Part shown: piece after piece, positions 11,731 to 24,653 of the stretch
Layout: each line of letters begins with the position of its first letter
Position numbering within the stretch: the first letter of the stretch is position 1
Origin: Antedon mediterranea
Taxonomy: Eukaryota; Animalia; Echinodermata
NCBI RefSeq assembly: GCF_964355755.1
Contig: NC_092672.1
Span: forward strand, 38,322,437-38,386,436
Direction of reading: 5' to 3'
Length of the DNA stretch: 64,000 nucleotides
Program-made: the position numbers and the translations under genes
Notes under the pieces: model-generated
What the model saw: only the letters and a program-made list of their open reading frames with translations
The model's database searches: none
What the model was told of the DNA's origin: nothing

Positions 11731-13794
11731 GTTAGTGCATAGAGATATTAATATCTCTATGGTTAGTATAGTTAATATGGCTTGGAATTGGTTGGGAAGG
11801 TTATATACTGCGCCTTCAAATAAATAATTCAATTCTAACAAATTTCCTTAAAGAAAAGCAAGTCTTGCTTAGAATCTGGCCGTGGCTTAATATTGTAAGC
11901 TTACCGATTATAGCACATAAAACATGTAATATATCATTCGAATTACACCATTCTTAATTGCATTTCCATGTTGAATGTATCTATGTAATGTGCATGATTA
12001 CTAGGTATATCAACTGTATTATATAACCATTTTTATTCAGCCAACAGCCAAGGGTTATTCCATTTTATAAGCAGGGTACAATCACCACAGCATGGATTTG
12101 TGACTAAGTAAATAAAATATACATCTAGGTCAGGTCAACCTATTTTTAGATCTTCTCAATATACTGTATACCCGTTACATATGGTTTTTATGTTTAGAGT
12201 TCTTGTCTTTCTAAATGAAACAAATAATATTTATTATCATAAAATTCCAATTTTATTCATACTGAACACTTACAGCACACTATCAACTATAAATATACCA
12301 GATTTTAATTTTAATAGTATCTTATCTTCTTGCAAATTAACCAATCTCAAAAACTTAATTATTATACTTTTTATTTCAATAAAACAGTAATGTAGCCACA
12401 AAAAATAAAGTGGTGCGGTTTTCCAAAGAAATTGGAACAATCTGTGTTCAAGCCACTGAGTTGTCAAAGGCCTCCGTGAAAAGAGGTCAGGTTGATACCT
12501 TACCAACCATGGTGGTGGCTACGGCCCTTATAAAAATTCACATCTAAAAAAGTCATCACAAATGGGGCCAGATTGAATGAAATTTTTACAATCAATAAAT
12601 ATATTACCACAAACAGACAAGAAACCTTAAAAAAAGAATTAAAAACATTGATAAAAGATTCAAATTATTTTTGGAAGTGTTTTTTTAAAAAAGTAATTGG
12701 TTAAAAAAGTGTATAGCAATATTTAGAACATCATGTACTATATGTTGTCATGTGACCAGATTAAAAATAATAATATAAACAACCTTTTCTAAAATCTTCC
12801 TATTGTATTTATTTTAAATTATGCTTTAAAAAAAAAATTTAATTCACAATATGGTTTACATACCAGTAAAACCAATGATTATAATTAGACATGATAATAC
12901 ATTAACTTATAATAAGCATAACTTACATAATAATTACAATTTACATAATACCAACATGTTGTTACCTCACATACATTTTCAATACCTGGAATTACCCAAT
13001 TCATTAAAAAAAATTGTTATTATAAATAAATTAATGAATTTAAAATCATAAATAAATTTAATTGCCATGGTCACGCTGTGTACAATCATGCTTAATTAAG
13101 ATTCTATCTTTTAATATCCATACCATGTTTTATATTCTATTGTCCGTAGAATATCACTGTTTACGAAAGCTTGTCTAAACACTATACCTGATTCACGGTG
13201 AATGTTGTTAAAGCAGATAGCTTCTATATTAAATCATTCTACCACGCTAGTCCATGCTAACTTTATTCAAAGTCGTGGAAAATAAATGTATTACTGAAAT
13301 CCCTGAAATCTATTCACATTAATGTAATATTGAAATTAATGTATATTGATATGAAATATTGCATATGAAATATTGGAAATAGAGCTCTTAAAACAAAAGT
13401 TACGTGCTTGAAAAACAATTTCTTGTGGATTTTATGTATCGTTCAGGATGTATAAAGAAAGAAAACCTGCTATAGGCCTTTTGACGTTAACATTAATGTT
13501 ATTACCAAAATAATGTTATAACCAAAGTAATGATGTATTCTGAAATCAACATGGATTGCATTCGTTTAAGATTAAATGTTCCAACATTTTAATGTAGCTT
13601 CTTCAATTTTTATGACAAGTACAAATGAGGATATAAACGTAGAATTCACAACGTAACGATTTGCATTTTGTTTATCATCCATTAAACTTACATTGAACAC
13701 CATTCATAGTTATTCTTCTATAATTCTTCATAATTCTATACATTCCCAAAAGGTTGCTTTATGTTATAATAAAAATGTGTTTTTATTATATCAG

Positions 13795-13980
13795 GCCCAA
13801 ATGGAAAGATTGAAAGAAAATCTTGAGCTGGTAACATCAGAGAAGGAACAGAAGACCCATAAAGATCAAAGAAATCAAGATGCTATGAAGCGACTACAGA
13901 AAGAGCTAAGAGAACTTAGAGAGCAATACTCAGAAATACAACGAAAGGAGGTTGATGCCACTAAGAAGAAACACGAGTTT
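13795..13980 (+). CDS. MYO18A: Myosin-XVIII tail exon
   Basis: AQMERLKENLE...KRLQKELRELREQYSEIQRKEVDATKKKHEF; GTAAGT donor at 13981. Confidence 0.93.
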
Positions 13981-14162
13981 GTAAGTTTACCTGTCTGTTT
14001 TTTGGAGTTTGATAAATTGGAAAAACAATCTAGAGGTTAAAAAAATATACATTTTACCTTCTCTATTTTGCCAGACCAAGATATCTTGTATTCTTTAAAC
14101 TAAGACTTTGGGACCTTCAGGATACATATATTACACTTGTTTATTTTTCTTTTCACTTGTAG

Positions 14163-14293
14163 GAGGTTGATGTACAGAATTTAGAAGAAACAAATGAACG
14201 ATTACAATCAGATCTGAAGTTGGCTTTTAAGCGAATAAAAGATTTACAAAGTGCGTTAGAAGATGATATAGGAAGTGATAGTGAACTAGATAG
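14163..14293 (+). CDS. MYO18A: Myosin-XVIII exon, end of coiled coil
   Basis: [28 protein letters not shown] vs the MYO18A motif [34 protein letters not shown] donor, phase 2. Confidence 0.96.
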
Positions 14294-16242
14294 GTGAGTG
14301 ATATAATGTACAGTATGTGTTGTGATTACAGGAAAAACTGTCAATTGATGTTGTCAAAGAAGCTTTATAGATATTAGGAGTATTTTAGTATATTGAAACA
14401 GCATTGCAGCTTCATGACATCAGTGATTATGTGCTAATGTTCATCGCACAATTTTGTAGTTTTTGAAGTTATTCCCTTCTAAAAAAAAATCACAGCAAAC
14501 AAAAATTACAATCCTGGTTTCCAGTTGACATTTTTTCCTTTAAATTATAGTTTTTTCTGGGTACAAAAAAATAATTTTTTTATTTGATTGTTTTTCATTT
14601 TTTATTTCATACACATCAAACAGCAAGCAACTTGCCAATAGTACAGGATGGATAAACTCTTTTCACATTATTTTTTCAATATCTTAAACTCTTGCCACAT
14701 TTTGTTTAAAAATTTGTAAATTGAAAATCTGTCACCAGATAGTGTTACCTGCTTCATCATGTGACTAGATTGAGTATTTCCGTAATTAAAGTAATTCTAC
14801 CTGTTAGAGGAAGATGGCATTTGAATCTACCATGATTATCTAGCCTTTACGCAGCTATTGTTTTTACCATCAAACGTGGCATCATCATCTTAATGCGTCA
14901 TTTAGCTATAAGCTTTAAAACTGTGGACTGTTTTCCTTGACGACACATTTAAATTGATTGAATGAGATGTGTCAGGAGAGCTGTGTGTATCCATCCATTA
15001 ACCAGTCATTCATGTTGTATTGATTACAACATTCACTTCCAAGATCAAGCCACTATGCACAACTCGAGTCACGGTATATCATGTGTTCACTTATCGTCGT
15101 TCATGGCTGTTACAACACATATATTCATATTTATTAATTATTATTTTGTTAATACCAGGGAAAAATGAGCTTACTCTTTCCGAGTCATACATTATCAATC
15201 AATGTGTTTTGTTGTGGTTCCCTGCGAGACAAGTTTTTAACTTCTAGAAGGGATCCATGATAATAATGACTACCAATTACTGTTTTATCTATGTTCACTT
15301 TAATATCTTTTTTCTATTTTGTATATGTTCATTCATTATTATCTAAATAAATGTTATCTGAATCTGAAATCATTTTACTGTTTTGTCATGTAGTGTCTAC
15401 AGACATTACATGTTATGTGTATGTAGACATCTATGATCACAAGTTTATTTAAATTCTGTAAACGATTTCCAAGCCCTTAAATAAATATAATGCGTGAGTA
15501 TTATTTGTTGAGTGGCTGACATCGTGTAGTTTATCCATGTCTGCACATTATTTCCCTTTACAACCTCACGTCACATATTTCAACTGTACATGATCCATAT
15601 TGTATTAAGCTATAATTGTGTAAATATACTAAATTGATTAAGTAAATATACATTTGAATAATATTTTCATTGAAATTCGATCAAAAGCCGTTAAAACAAG
15701 TGAATGTTTCAACCAATATTTCAGAATAACATACGTTAGATTAATGTCTACATATCATAAATACATTTGAATCTAACTGAATATGGTTAGTTAGTGTTAG
15801 TTAGTGTCAGTTAGTGTTAGTTAGTGTTAGTTATTTATAGCATCATTGGTATCATACTAAATACACATCAGTTATGTTTGTCTAACAACATGCTAGGTCT
15901 TGTACTTAACTGAGATATTCCGCCAATATTTTCTTAACACAATTTTATTTAGTATTCTCCACTGTCATGTGTTTTGGTGACACATACAAATCTAAATCCT
16001 TTCAGGTTCTCTGCAGTAACTATGCAGTAGTAGTTATAATTTATCATGATTATAAACTAAGGGTCTGTTCAGACCTACAGAGTTTTTGTATTCTCTGCAG
16101 TGACACTGCAGTAGTCGTTATAATAATAATAATAATATTTATTCAGCATTTCATCATCAAGCACAATCTTGCCAGGAGCAAGCAATAGACATAGGCCTGA
16201 ACAGAATTAACTGCTCTTGCTCCAACTATCAAACCTCCATGA

Positions 16243-16320
16243 TCAAACTAGTTTGACAATATTGTGCCCATATGGTAGTGATGACATCACATAAAGTTTG
16301 ATAGTGTAGACAGAGCTTTA
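16243..16320. mobile_element. MITE family 1 partial copy
   Basis: ATCAAACTAGTTTGAC...ATATGGTAGTGATG...GTTTGATAGTGTAGACAGAGCTTTA. Confidence 0.7.
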
Positions 16321-17061
16321 GTCTCAGTTGATGCTTAAAGAGTTGAGTAGAAAGAGTTGTGAGTTACTTGCACTAAGTCTGGGCTGAAACCTGGACAGGA
16401 TTTGATGGCAAGTACAGTTAATGACCAATATACAGCTCTGCAATTTTGAGTTCAACACCCAAGTGCTTATAAAACCACACAGCATATTTAATAACAATTG
16501 ATTACAAAAACATACATCATTAAAAGATATAATATGTATGAAACTATCACCAGAATGACTCCATATTGAAGGGAAAAAAAATCTTAACAAAATTGAAATT
16601 TACAAGATGTGTTATTTTTATTTAAGTTTTTCTTGTTTTATTCCTGGCTGGTATTTGAACATAATATATTCTTCAATCAAATTAATTGAAATGTAAAACA
16701 AGCCAAACAGTTGTTGGGTTTGCTAAGTGTAAGTAATTAATTATTATGGTAAACCTAGCTAATCTTCTCTATTTTTCTGTGTCCTACTTTCAGATTATTT
16801 TATCTTTTCTCTGCACGCAATCGTAGATGTTTGTCTGATTTCTTGTTTATGGATTCCAATAAAATATGTAATGTAAATATAAAGTCATTCATTTATAGCT
16901 ACTGTTTTTAGAGTGAATCCTGGTTTAATATTTGCTTTGGATGAGTTAAAATATTAAAATGAATGTACATTGATACATCAGTGGAAAAAATGTTCATATA
17001 TAGCATTCATAGAAATTATGTTGCCTCTGAGATATATATACAAAAACAGATAAATAAAAAA

Positions 17062-17195
17062 TTAAGGCTCTGTATCAAACTTTATGCGACAAAAAAATGT
17101 GATGATGTGTTCATATCACTACCATATTTAAGCAAACCACTACCATATTTGGGCACATGACACTTTTTTCGTTTTATAGTGTGGACAAAGCTTAA
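17062..17195. mobile_element. MITE family 1 degenerate copy, inverted
   Basis: CATATCACTACCATATTT motifs and degenerate termini. Confidence 0.65.
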
Positions 17196-18157
17196 TAAAA
17201 ACAATTACAAAGTGTCACATCACTCTTGTACAGTATACAAGAATGGCAGCTGCAGGAGAAAGCTGTTATATAAATTATATGTTTGGGCTTCATTTTTTTA
17301 AACTGAATAGTAAACTACTTTTATTGAAACCAGTAAACCACTTAGTCATCTCTATTTATAGATTTTAATTTTGTCGATATCCACCAGATGGCAATGTATG
17401 TAAAAAAAATTTTTTTTTATAAATTTTTTGGTGACATCCATGTACGTCACGTTTCTGCTATTTTTAGGCATGTAAATATTGTTTTGTGAGGTAGATTTGA
17501 TAGGTAAAATAATTTTGTTGATTATCAAGGTAAATGATAATGAGTGTAATGTATACATAGATTTGAGAAGGCATGTCATAATAAGGATGTGGGGTTTGAT
17601 GAATGAATGAGTAGGTGGATGTTAGTCGTGAGTATGGGGATGGTGATTTGGTGTAATTCATCTTTTAATTTGGAAATTCACATCCATAGTCATAACAAAG
17701 AGAACAAAAATAATAAGTCCAAATATATAAATATGAAAATAAATACTACATATCGCAAATATCATCATCATCATCTTCCTATACTGTGCAGAACCTTATT
17801 TGAATATAGTTGCACTATAGTTGCACTATACACTAAACATGAAGGCAAATAGTACATAGCAAAATGTATAGTAGTTCATTCCAAGATTATCAAAATGAAC
17901 ATTTTTACAGTATCATTTTTTTATTTATTTATTCAATTCAATTCAAAAAGACAAAACAAATATAAAAGGCAAGGAAAGACCAAACAGGCGCTAAACACCT
18001 ATGCTAGTTGGTCAACCCAGAACAGAGCACAGAAATAAACCAAAAAAAATAATACATTCTACAATTAAAGCATCATAAAGCGATCAACTACACACATTTT
18101 TAATATCAAAATTATTTAAAAATACATATTGAGATAATTTATCCATTTGTAGCTGCA

Positions 18158-18837
18158 ATTGCTACACCAGGATTGTACCAGTACCCGTAGTAATAATTCC
18201 TTAATATCACATTGATATTTCAAACATTGCTACACCAGGATTGTACCAGTACCCGTAGTAACAATTCCTTAATATCACATTGATATTTCAAACATTGCTA
18301 CACCAGGATGGTACCAGTACCCGTAGTAACAATTCCTTAATATCACATTGATATTTCAAACATTGCTACACCAGGATGGTACCAGTACCCGTAGTAATAA
18401 TTCCTTAATATCACATTGATATTTCAAACATTGCTACACCAGGATTGTACCACTACCCGTAGTAACAATTCCTTAATATCACATTGATATTTCAAACATT
18501 GCTACACCAGGATTGTACCAGTACCCGTAGTAACAATTCCTTAATATCACATTGATATTTCAAACATTGCTACACCAGGATTGTACCACTACCCGTAGTA
18601 ACAATTCCTTAATATCACATTGATATTTCAAACATTGCTACACCAGGATTGTACCAGTACCCGTAGTAACAATTCCTTAATATCACATTGATATTTCAAA
18701 CATTGCTACACCAGGATTGTACCAGTACCCGTAGTAACAATTCCTTAATATCACATTGATATTTCAAACATTGCTACACCAGGATTGTACCAGTACCCGT
18801 AGTAATAATTCCTTAATATCACATTGATATTTCAAAC
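18158..18837. repeat. 68-bp minisatellite, 10 copies
   Basis: Unit ATTGCTACACCAGGATTGTACCAGTACCCGTAGTAACAATTCCTTAATATCACATTGATATTTCAAAC; period 68, near-identical copies with no spacers. Confidence 0.97.
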
Positions 18838-19059
18838 AATTTTATTTATATTGATTGCCTATGACTTGTGTGAATTCTTTGTAAATTCTTTTATTATTGA
18901 TATATTTGATATTTCTTAAATAATTTATATAATCTATTTTTTACTTGTTTTTTTAGTTCTAAACATGTTAAACTTGTGTTAGAGAAAAGATATTAGTTTA
19001 ATTGTTGTTTTTTGGAGTTTCTAATTGTGTTATATTATTTATATTTTATTTGTTTTGTT

Positions 19060-19156
19060 TTGAGGAGCCTATTCACCACAAGCTTTGCTTTCTTTTAGGC
19101 TCCTCCACTTTATATTTATATATTTGTAAAGTGAAATAAATAAATGAAATGAAATA
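19060..19156 (+). mobile_element. Probable LINE 3'-end remnant (stem-loop plus microsatellite tail)
   Basis: GGAGCCTA...TAGGCTCC hairpin followed by AATAAA and (GAAAT)n, the layout of CR1/L2-type 3' ends. Confidence 0.4.
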
Positions 19157-19212
19157 TTTGCATAGCTGTTTAACTTCTAATATTACCCAGACCAAATTCA
19201 CTCATAGACTAA

Positions 19213-19391
19213 ATCCCCAAAAGATTACTCCGGCATAAATTACTGATCGTTGCAAACCCCAAATGGACCTACACTATCCTTGTAGTGCTGAAATAGCGCT
19301 GAAGTACCGCTGAAATAGCGCTGAAGTAAATCAATCTATCAATTATCATTTACTCACACAATTTCAGCTGATTATTAATTTGTATAATTTA
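19213..19391 (+). repeat. ~175-bp direct repeat, copy 1 (copy 2 at 20383-20554)
   Basis: CCAAAAGATTAC.CCGGCATAAATTACTGATC...GCTGAAATAGCGCTGAAGTACCGCTGAAATAGCGCTGAA... occurs twice. Confidence 0.9.
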
Positions 19392-19844
19392 CAAGAAGGA
19401 GAAGCTTTTAGTTTCAAAATTTGATAGTCGTTGACTTGTGTTTAGTATCATTAATTAAGTACGGCGCATCAAAGCTCAAGTCATTACTTTTAATATATTC
19501 AATATAATTTGGATTGACTACATCTTTTATTGAATCAAATTGGTTCGTTCAGTTTATAAGTTTATTCATCAGCATTTATTTAACATTTATGTATATTTAT
19601 AAGTATATTTAATCATATCAACCCATATTTATTAATTTATCAATTTATAAGGCAGGCTATAAATAACAAAAACAGTAATTTTGTTGAGGTTGTTATTTTT
19701 ATACAGTATATTGTTCATAACACAACAATAGAAACATGTCATTTTCTCACAGTGGTGGTAGTACTAGTACTAGTAGGGATTGTGGGAATTACAGATAATA
19801 ACAATATTTAATTGCCATCATTATTTTATTGCCACTCCTTTGTT

Positions 19845-20115
19845 ATAAAGGTGTGTCTAAATAGTAATATGGTAGTGATATGTTCAAATATGGTAGCGAT
19901 ATCCCCAAATATGGTAGTGATATGCTCAAATATGGTAGTGATATGCTCAAATATGGTAGTGATATCCCCAAATATGGTAGTGATATCCCCAAATATGGTA
20001 GTGATATGCTCAAATATGGTAGTAATATGCCCATATATGGTAGTGATATTCCCAAATATGGTAGTGATATCATGACATAATCGTGTCCATATATAGGCAC
20101 ATTTTTTTGTCACAG
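19845..20115. repeat. MITE family 1 derivative with its internal 21-bp unit expanded to about 10 copies
   Basis: (AAATATGGTAGTGATATGCTC/CCC)n followed by the MITE's TGTCCATATATAGGCAC segment. Confidence 0.9.
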
Positions 20116-20382
20116 GCACTCTTTCGTAATAAAACAAAAACTATAAATTTAACTTTGTTTGGGAGTGGTAAAATATACAGTTACATAAACATTTAATTTA
20201 GTTTTTTAATGAAAATTGCAAACAGTACAAATACTTTTATCAAAATTGTTTTCCTTTACATTGCTTTGTTTATTGTAGTTAAAGTTAGAGGGCAGCATAT
20301 ATTTATTTAAATTTAGCCTCTTTTGTTTTTACTTTTTAAATATCAATTTCTGTAATTATTACACATTTTTTTGCACACTTCT

Positions 20383-20554
20383 AATCCCAAAAGATTACAC
20401 CGGCATAAATTACTGATCACTGCAAACCCCAAATGGCCCGACACTATCCTTGTAGTGCTGAAATAGCGCTGAAGTACCGCTGAAATAGCGCTGAATTAAA
20501 TCAATCTATCAATTATCATTTAATTTTGCACCTGATTATTAATTTGTATAATTT
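20383..20554 (+). repeat. ~175-bp direct repeat, copy 2
   Basis: Matches 19213-19391. Confidence 0.9.
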
Positions 20555-21151
20555 AATATTTGAATGAAATGATTTGAATACATGGTTTAAAAGTTTGCTT
20601 CCGATCCCAAAGTATCTGGTTCAATCTTGTCTTTCTTAAAGTATGGATTCTCAAACTTGAAATTATACAATTGACGGATGTACAAGAATCCAAATTGTAT
20701 CCTGTGATTGTATGTATTCTTTAGTAATTGTTCCAATACCATAGGGATTTGCTTTAGTGTTTGATTCATATACATTCTCATAAGCTGTTATTCAATAATA
20801 TATCCATAAATTTTGATTACATTTTTTATGTATCGGCATTAAGTAATTGTTTTATTCATTTTGCAATCAAAAGTTAAGTAAAACCATAAATTGCTCGATG
20901 ATTAAATTATATTTTACAACGTAGATTTAAGAATTTAAATTGATAATTGATTTAAATTTTACAGTAGTATGCAAGAAATTTGTAAAATGTAACCTTTTTG
21001 TAAATCGTGATATTTTCAGTTTCTGTCAATTTTTAGACGTATAACGAAATGTTTGGTTTCCATGTTATTGTATTTAATTTAAATTTTTAAATTGGTATTT
21101 TTGTCCATTTAATTTTTTAAAAAATCACTTTTCCCATTTCTAAGTTTAATA

Positions 21152-21295
21152 CAGTTAACTCTCCCAATACCAGACTCTCTGAAAACCAGTAAATCTCCTA
21201 ACACCAGACTTTTCTTGGGTCCCAAATTCCTTTTTTAAAATACATTCCGAATTCCAGACTTTCGGAAAACCAGACACATTTGGAAGAGTTGGCTG
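21152..21295. mobile_element. Tc1/mariner-type MITE
   Basis: TA-CAGTTAACTCTCCCA ... TGGAAGAGTTGGCTG-TA with internal ACCAGACT repeats. Confidence 0.6.
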
Positions 21296-21360
21296 TACTA
21301 CTATAACAATTAGGCCTATATGTTTTTCTTTTTATCATTAATTTTAAACTTTTGTTTCAG

Positions 21361-21525
21361 TGATGAAGGTAGCGATGATGATTCGTTTTTGAGGCGGTAT
21401 AGCCGGACGTACTCAACGTCATCTCGAAACAGACTTAGCAGCGGAAGTAGTTTAGATTACCGACATGGTGGTGGGTTGAGGGCGTCTTATTCGGAACATT
21501 CTGGTTCAGAAGACTCATTTTCAAG
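21361..21525 (+). CDS. MYO18A: Myosin-XVIII non-helical Ser-rich tailpiece exon
   Basis: ttttgtttcag acceptor, phase 2/2, 165 nt open frame SDEGSDDDSFLRRYSRTYSTSSRNRLSSGSSLDYRHGGGLRASYSEHSGSEDSFS; AAG|GTAAAA donor; GC-richer than its flanks. Confidence 0.85.
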
Positions 21526-22092
21526 GTAAAACCTTCTTCACTGTTTACATGAATAATTTTTCTGACCTTAACGTCATCTGTATCGTCATTATTACACTTC
21601 ATCATTATCACTGGGACTACCGTCATATATATTTTTATTATATTATATTATCATCATTGTCGTCTACATAAAGTTAATAACTATTGTTATTAGTATATAA
21701 TTATTCTACCGCAATTTCCCAAGAGTTTTGGTGTAGTGTTGTATTCTTTATATAATCATCTTAATAATTATAAAACAAATAAATAGAACATTATGGTAAC
21801 AAACTGCACTTTAATTTAATTATAAATAAAATATTATTTAAATATTTAAAAAAAAAAAATAGAATTTCCATTTGGCAAAGAGAGAGAGAGTTTTTTAAAG
21901 TTGTTTGTTTGTTTGTTTTTTTTTTTTATTTGTTTTTTTTGGTTTTTTTTTTGCATTTTATTTGTTTGTTTGATTTTTTATGATGATGTACTGTAGCTTG
22001 TTGAAAGTTAAACTAAACATTGATTTTACATTGTAATTCATCATTATCAAAGTCATTATTATTATTATTATTTATCCTGGTATTTTCACCAG

Positions 22093-22126
22093 GAGATTTA
22101 CAGCAATTCAATATATTAAGTACTAA
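22093..22126 (+). CDS. MYO18A: Candidate myosin-XVIII alternative terminal exon A (coding part)
   Basis: tattttcaccag acceptor; phase-2 reading gives RRFTAIQYIKY-stop, followed by AU-rich 3'UTR-like sequence. Confidence 0.5.
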
Positions 22127-23334
22127 AGAATGAAATATGCACAGGCATGTGTCAGATGCACACTTACAGCCTATTTCTCACAATCCTTCACATGTAGTGT
22201 TTTACCAGAATACGATTTAAGAAAGGAAGGAGACGTCATTAAGAAAAGTGCATTAGTACATTGTAGTCACCATTTTGAAAGTAAAATTAATCGATCTCGT
22301 TCTAGTTACCCACGATTCAACCGCTTAGCTTAAAGCGATGAATGCAAATTAGAATTTAGACATTTGCTACAAATGTTTTAATGTGTTTTTATTTTAATGC
22401 GGTTGTTATTACCAATCATAAGATAGTAATGAATTGATGACGCTGATATTAAGGCCCGTTTTGAATCATTCTGTCTACTCTACATTAGTTAAATTTCATT
22501 TCTGATATTATTCACCATTCAACTTCTTTATCTCAAGATCAGTCAACAAGTTTTCATGCCATGTTGGACGCGACTTTAATTCACAACGTTTATTGTTTAC
22601 CCATCACAGACTAGGTTACTTTTAATTCATCAATTTTCACATTTGAAAAGCGTAATATAAAACCATTTTAGAATATTAGAAAACATTTTTTGTTTTCAAG
22701 ATGTTGTCATTGTTATGGATGATTTTGGTCAAATTCTATGAAACCAGACAGAATCGGTTTTTGTTATCGTGCTCCTAATGTTGCAAAACCTCCTTAATAT
22801 GTTGTCATTTACATTAATCATGTAGTCAAATCAGACTAGACTACCAATTATTACAGATGACAAAATAATCACTTAAAAATGGGAAATATATGTTTCACAG
22901 TTTGTGTAAGAACAATGAATCAATCATTTGTATTTAAATAATCTAAAAAATTGATACACATTTTTTTTACAGACAACATGCAATTTATTTGATGAAAATA
23001 ACTATTATAGTATTTTCTATATCTGACAAGTACATAATTGCCATATTTATATATTTTTTTTATATTTTTTTTTTATCTTTTGTGGTTAACTACCACCTTT
23101 ATTCAACAATTACAGAATCTCATATATATATTTACATTATTTTCTGCATATTTTTTTGTTTTTGTTATCTATTACAAAATATATTGCATGTTTAATGAAA
23201 AAAGTTGTTTAGTTATGAAACGTTTGTTAACTTATTTATCATAATTTGTGTATCTTTCAGTTTATATATTTGTATTTGATTTGCCCTTTAGGGAAATGCT
23301 TAATATTTGTATATTATACAACTTCCAGAACATA

Positions 23335-23575
23335 ATAAAATAATAATAATAATAACAATAATAATAATAATAATAATAATATCCTGGATTTATATAGCGC
23401 CTAATGTTGTGAAACCTCTAAGAATTAATACCCCAGTCATTTTTTGGATCAAACACGTATGGAAACATACTCCCATAATGCAGCTAGTAATCAGAGCAAA
23501 GTTGTGTCTTGATCTAACTGGGTACCCATTTATACACCTGGGTTGAGAGAGGCAAATGTAAGTAAAGTATCTAAG
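23335..23575 (-). mobile_element. Meta-domain SINE fragment with (ATT)n tail
   Basis: Minus strand CTCTCTCAACCCAGGTGTATAAATGGGTACC resembles the MetaSINE central domain as I recall it; ends GGCGCTATATAAATCC plus (ATT)n. Confidence 0.6.
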
Positions 23576-23708
23576 GTTTCATTGAACTCTTTTAAATCAA
23601 GAATTGTATCATTACCTTTGACTTTTTGATACCACGATTCTTTCATTTCATTGTTGTGTCGATGCGCCATAGGCACCTCCTTTTAATGGATGCCGGCGCA
23701 ATATAAGA

Positions 23709-23946
23709 TTATTTATACAGTACAGTACAGAATCAGTGCTGTGGGAATTATGTATTATTTATACAGTACAGTACAGAATCTGTGCTGTGGGAATTATGTA
23801 TTATTTATACAGTACAGTACAGAATCTGTGCTGTGAGAATTATGTATTATTTATACAGTACAGTACAGTACAGAATCAGTGCTGTGAGAATTATGTATTA
23901 TTCATACAGTACAGTACAGAATCTGTGCTGTGGGAATTATGTATTC
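23709..23946. repeat. ~46-bp minisatellite, about 5 copies
   Basis: TATACAGTACAGTACAGAATCTGTGCTGTGGGAATTATGTATTATT tandem unit. Confidence 0.95.
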
Positions 23947-24359
23947 ATTTATTCATATATTTTATTCGCACAATAGCATGTAATAGAATGGAAATAATGA
24001 ATAAGAATTATTATCTGGGGAATACTAATAAGCCCTGTGGGATTCAGGTTTTAAATCTACCTAGAAAAAATATAATATATTTGCATCTTTAAAGTCAGGA
24101 TGGGATGATTATTAATATGTTGAGATGGTCTATGAATTTGTTTAAATACTAAATAGACCAACAAAATATATTTTGTATACATAATCAGCTTCACCACTTT
24201 TGTAAATTATTGTTGAAATAAAATGTAATTGTTTTGTAAAAAAATATTATCTTATATTTAAAACTTTTCAATGAAAAATTTTATCAGATAAAATAAATTG
24301 AAATTGTTATAATCCATACAAGTGCTACTCAGGATGGTTGAGTTGATTGAAATATATTT

Positions 24360-24653
24360 ATACTGGGTGACCTCTGGGTGACCTCTTCAGTCAAAGACTG
24401 GTTTCCCAGAGGGCCCAGTTGGTGATCAGTGGCTGTGATGTACTAATACACCAGGGTAACCCCCAACTCGTCTCGAAAGATGTACTAGGTTCTTTGAAGT
24501 GCACACGAGCTAGATGTGTACACTGGACCTACGGTTTATAGTCCTTATCCGAGAAGACTCGTTCTACCACCAGAACCATGGAGTGAGTGAGCCTCGAACC
24601 CCTGCCGATGTTATGGCTACGTAATTGTGTCTTAACCGCTTGGCCACTCACTC
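24360..24653 (-). mobile_element. tRNA-derived SINE with Deu/Nin-type central domain
   Basis: Minus strand has A box TGGCCAAGCGG and B box GGTTCGAGGC, then TCTCGGATAAGGACTATAAACCGTAGGTCC...AAAGAACCTAGTACATCTTTCGAGACGAG...GGTTACCCTGGTG; other copies at 34341 and 58313. Confidence 0.8.

Noticed and set aside
12480-12560. Penelope RT fragment (minus strand TFLDVNFYKG)
   Set aside because: A single short motif followed quickly by a stop; too little to call.
16794-16915. Additional myosin terminal exon after a strong-looking acceptor (CTAAT..pyrimidines..CAG)
   Set aside because: The phase-2 peptide is AT-biased and intron-like and nothing else supports it; RNA-seq would be needed to exclude it fully.
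18158-18837. CRISPR-like appearance of the tandem arrays (also 38595-40751, 53020-56020, 57658-58098)
   Set aside because: Units are contiguous with no unique spacers, there are no cas genes, and the context is eukaryotic.
19812-20137. Heptad-repeat ORFs (KYGSDML, NMVVICS)
   Set aside because: Translations of the 21-bp MITE-derived minisatellite.
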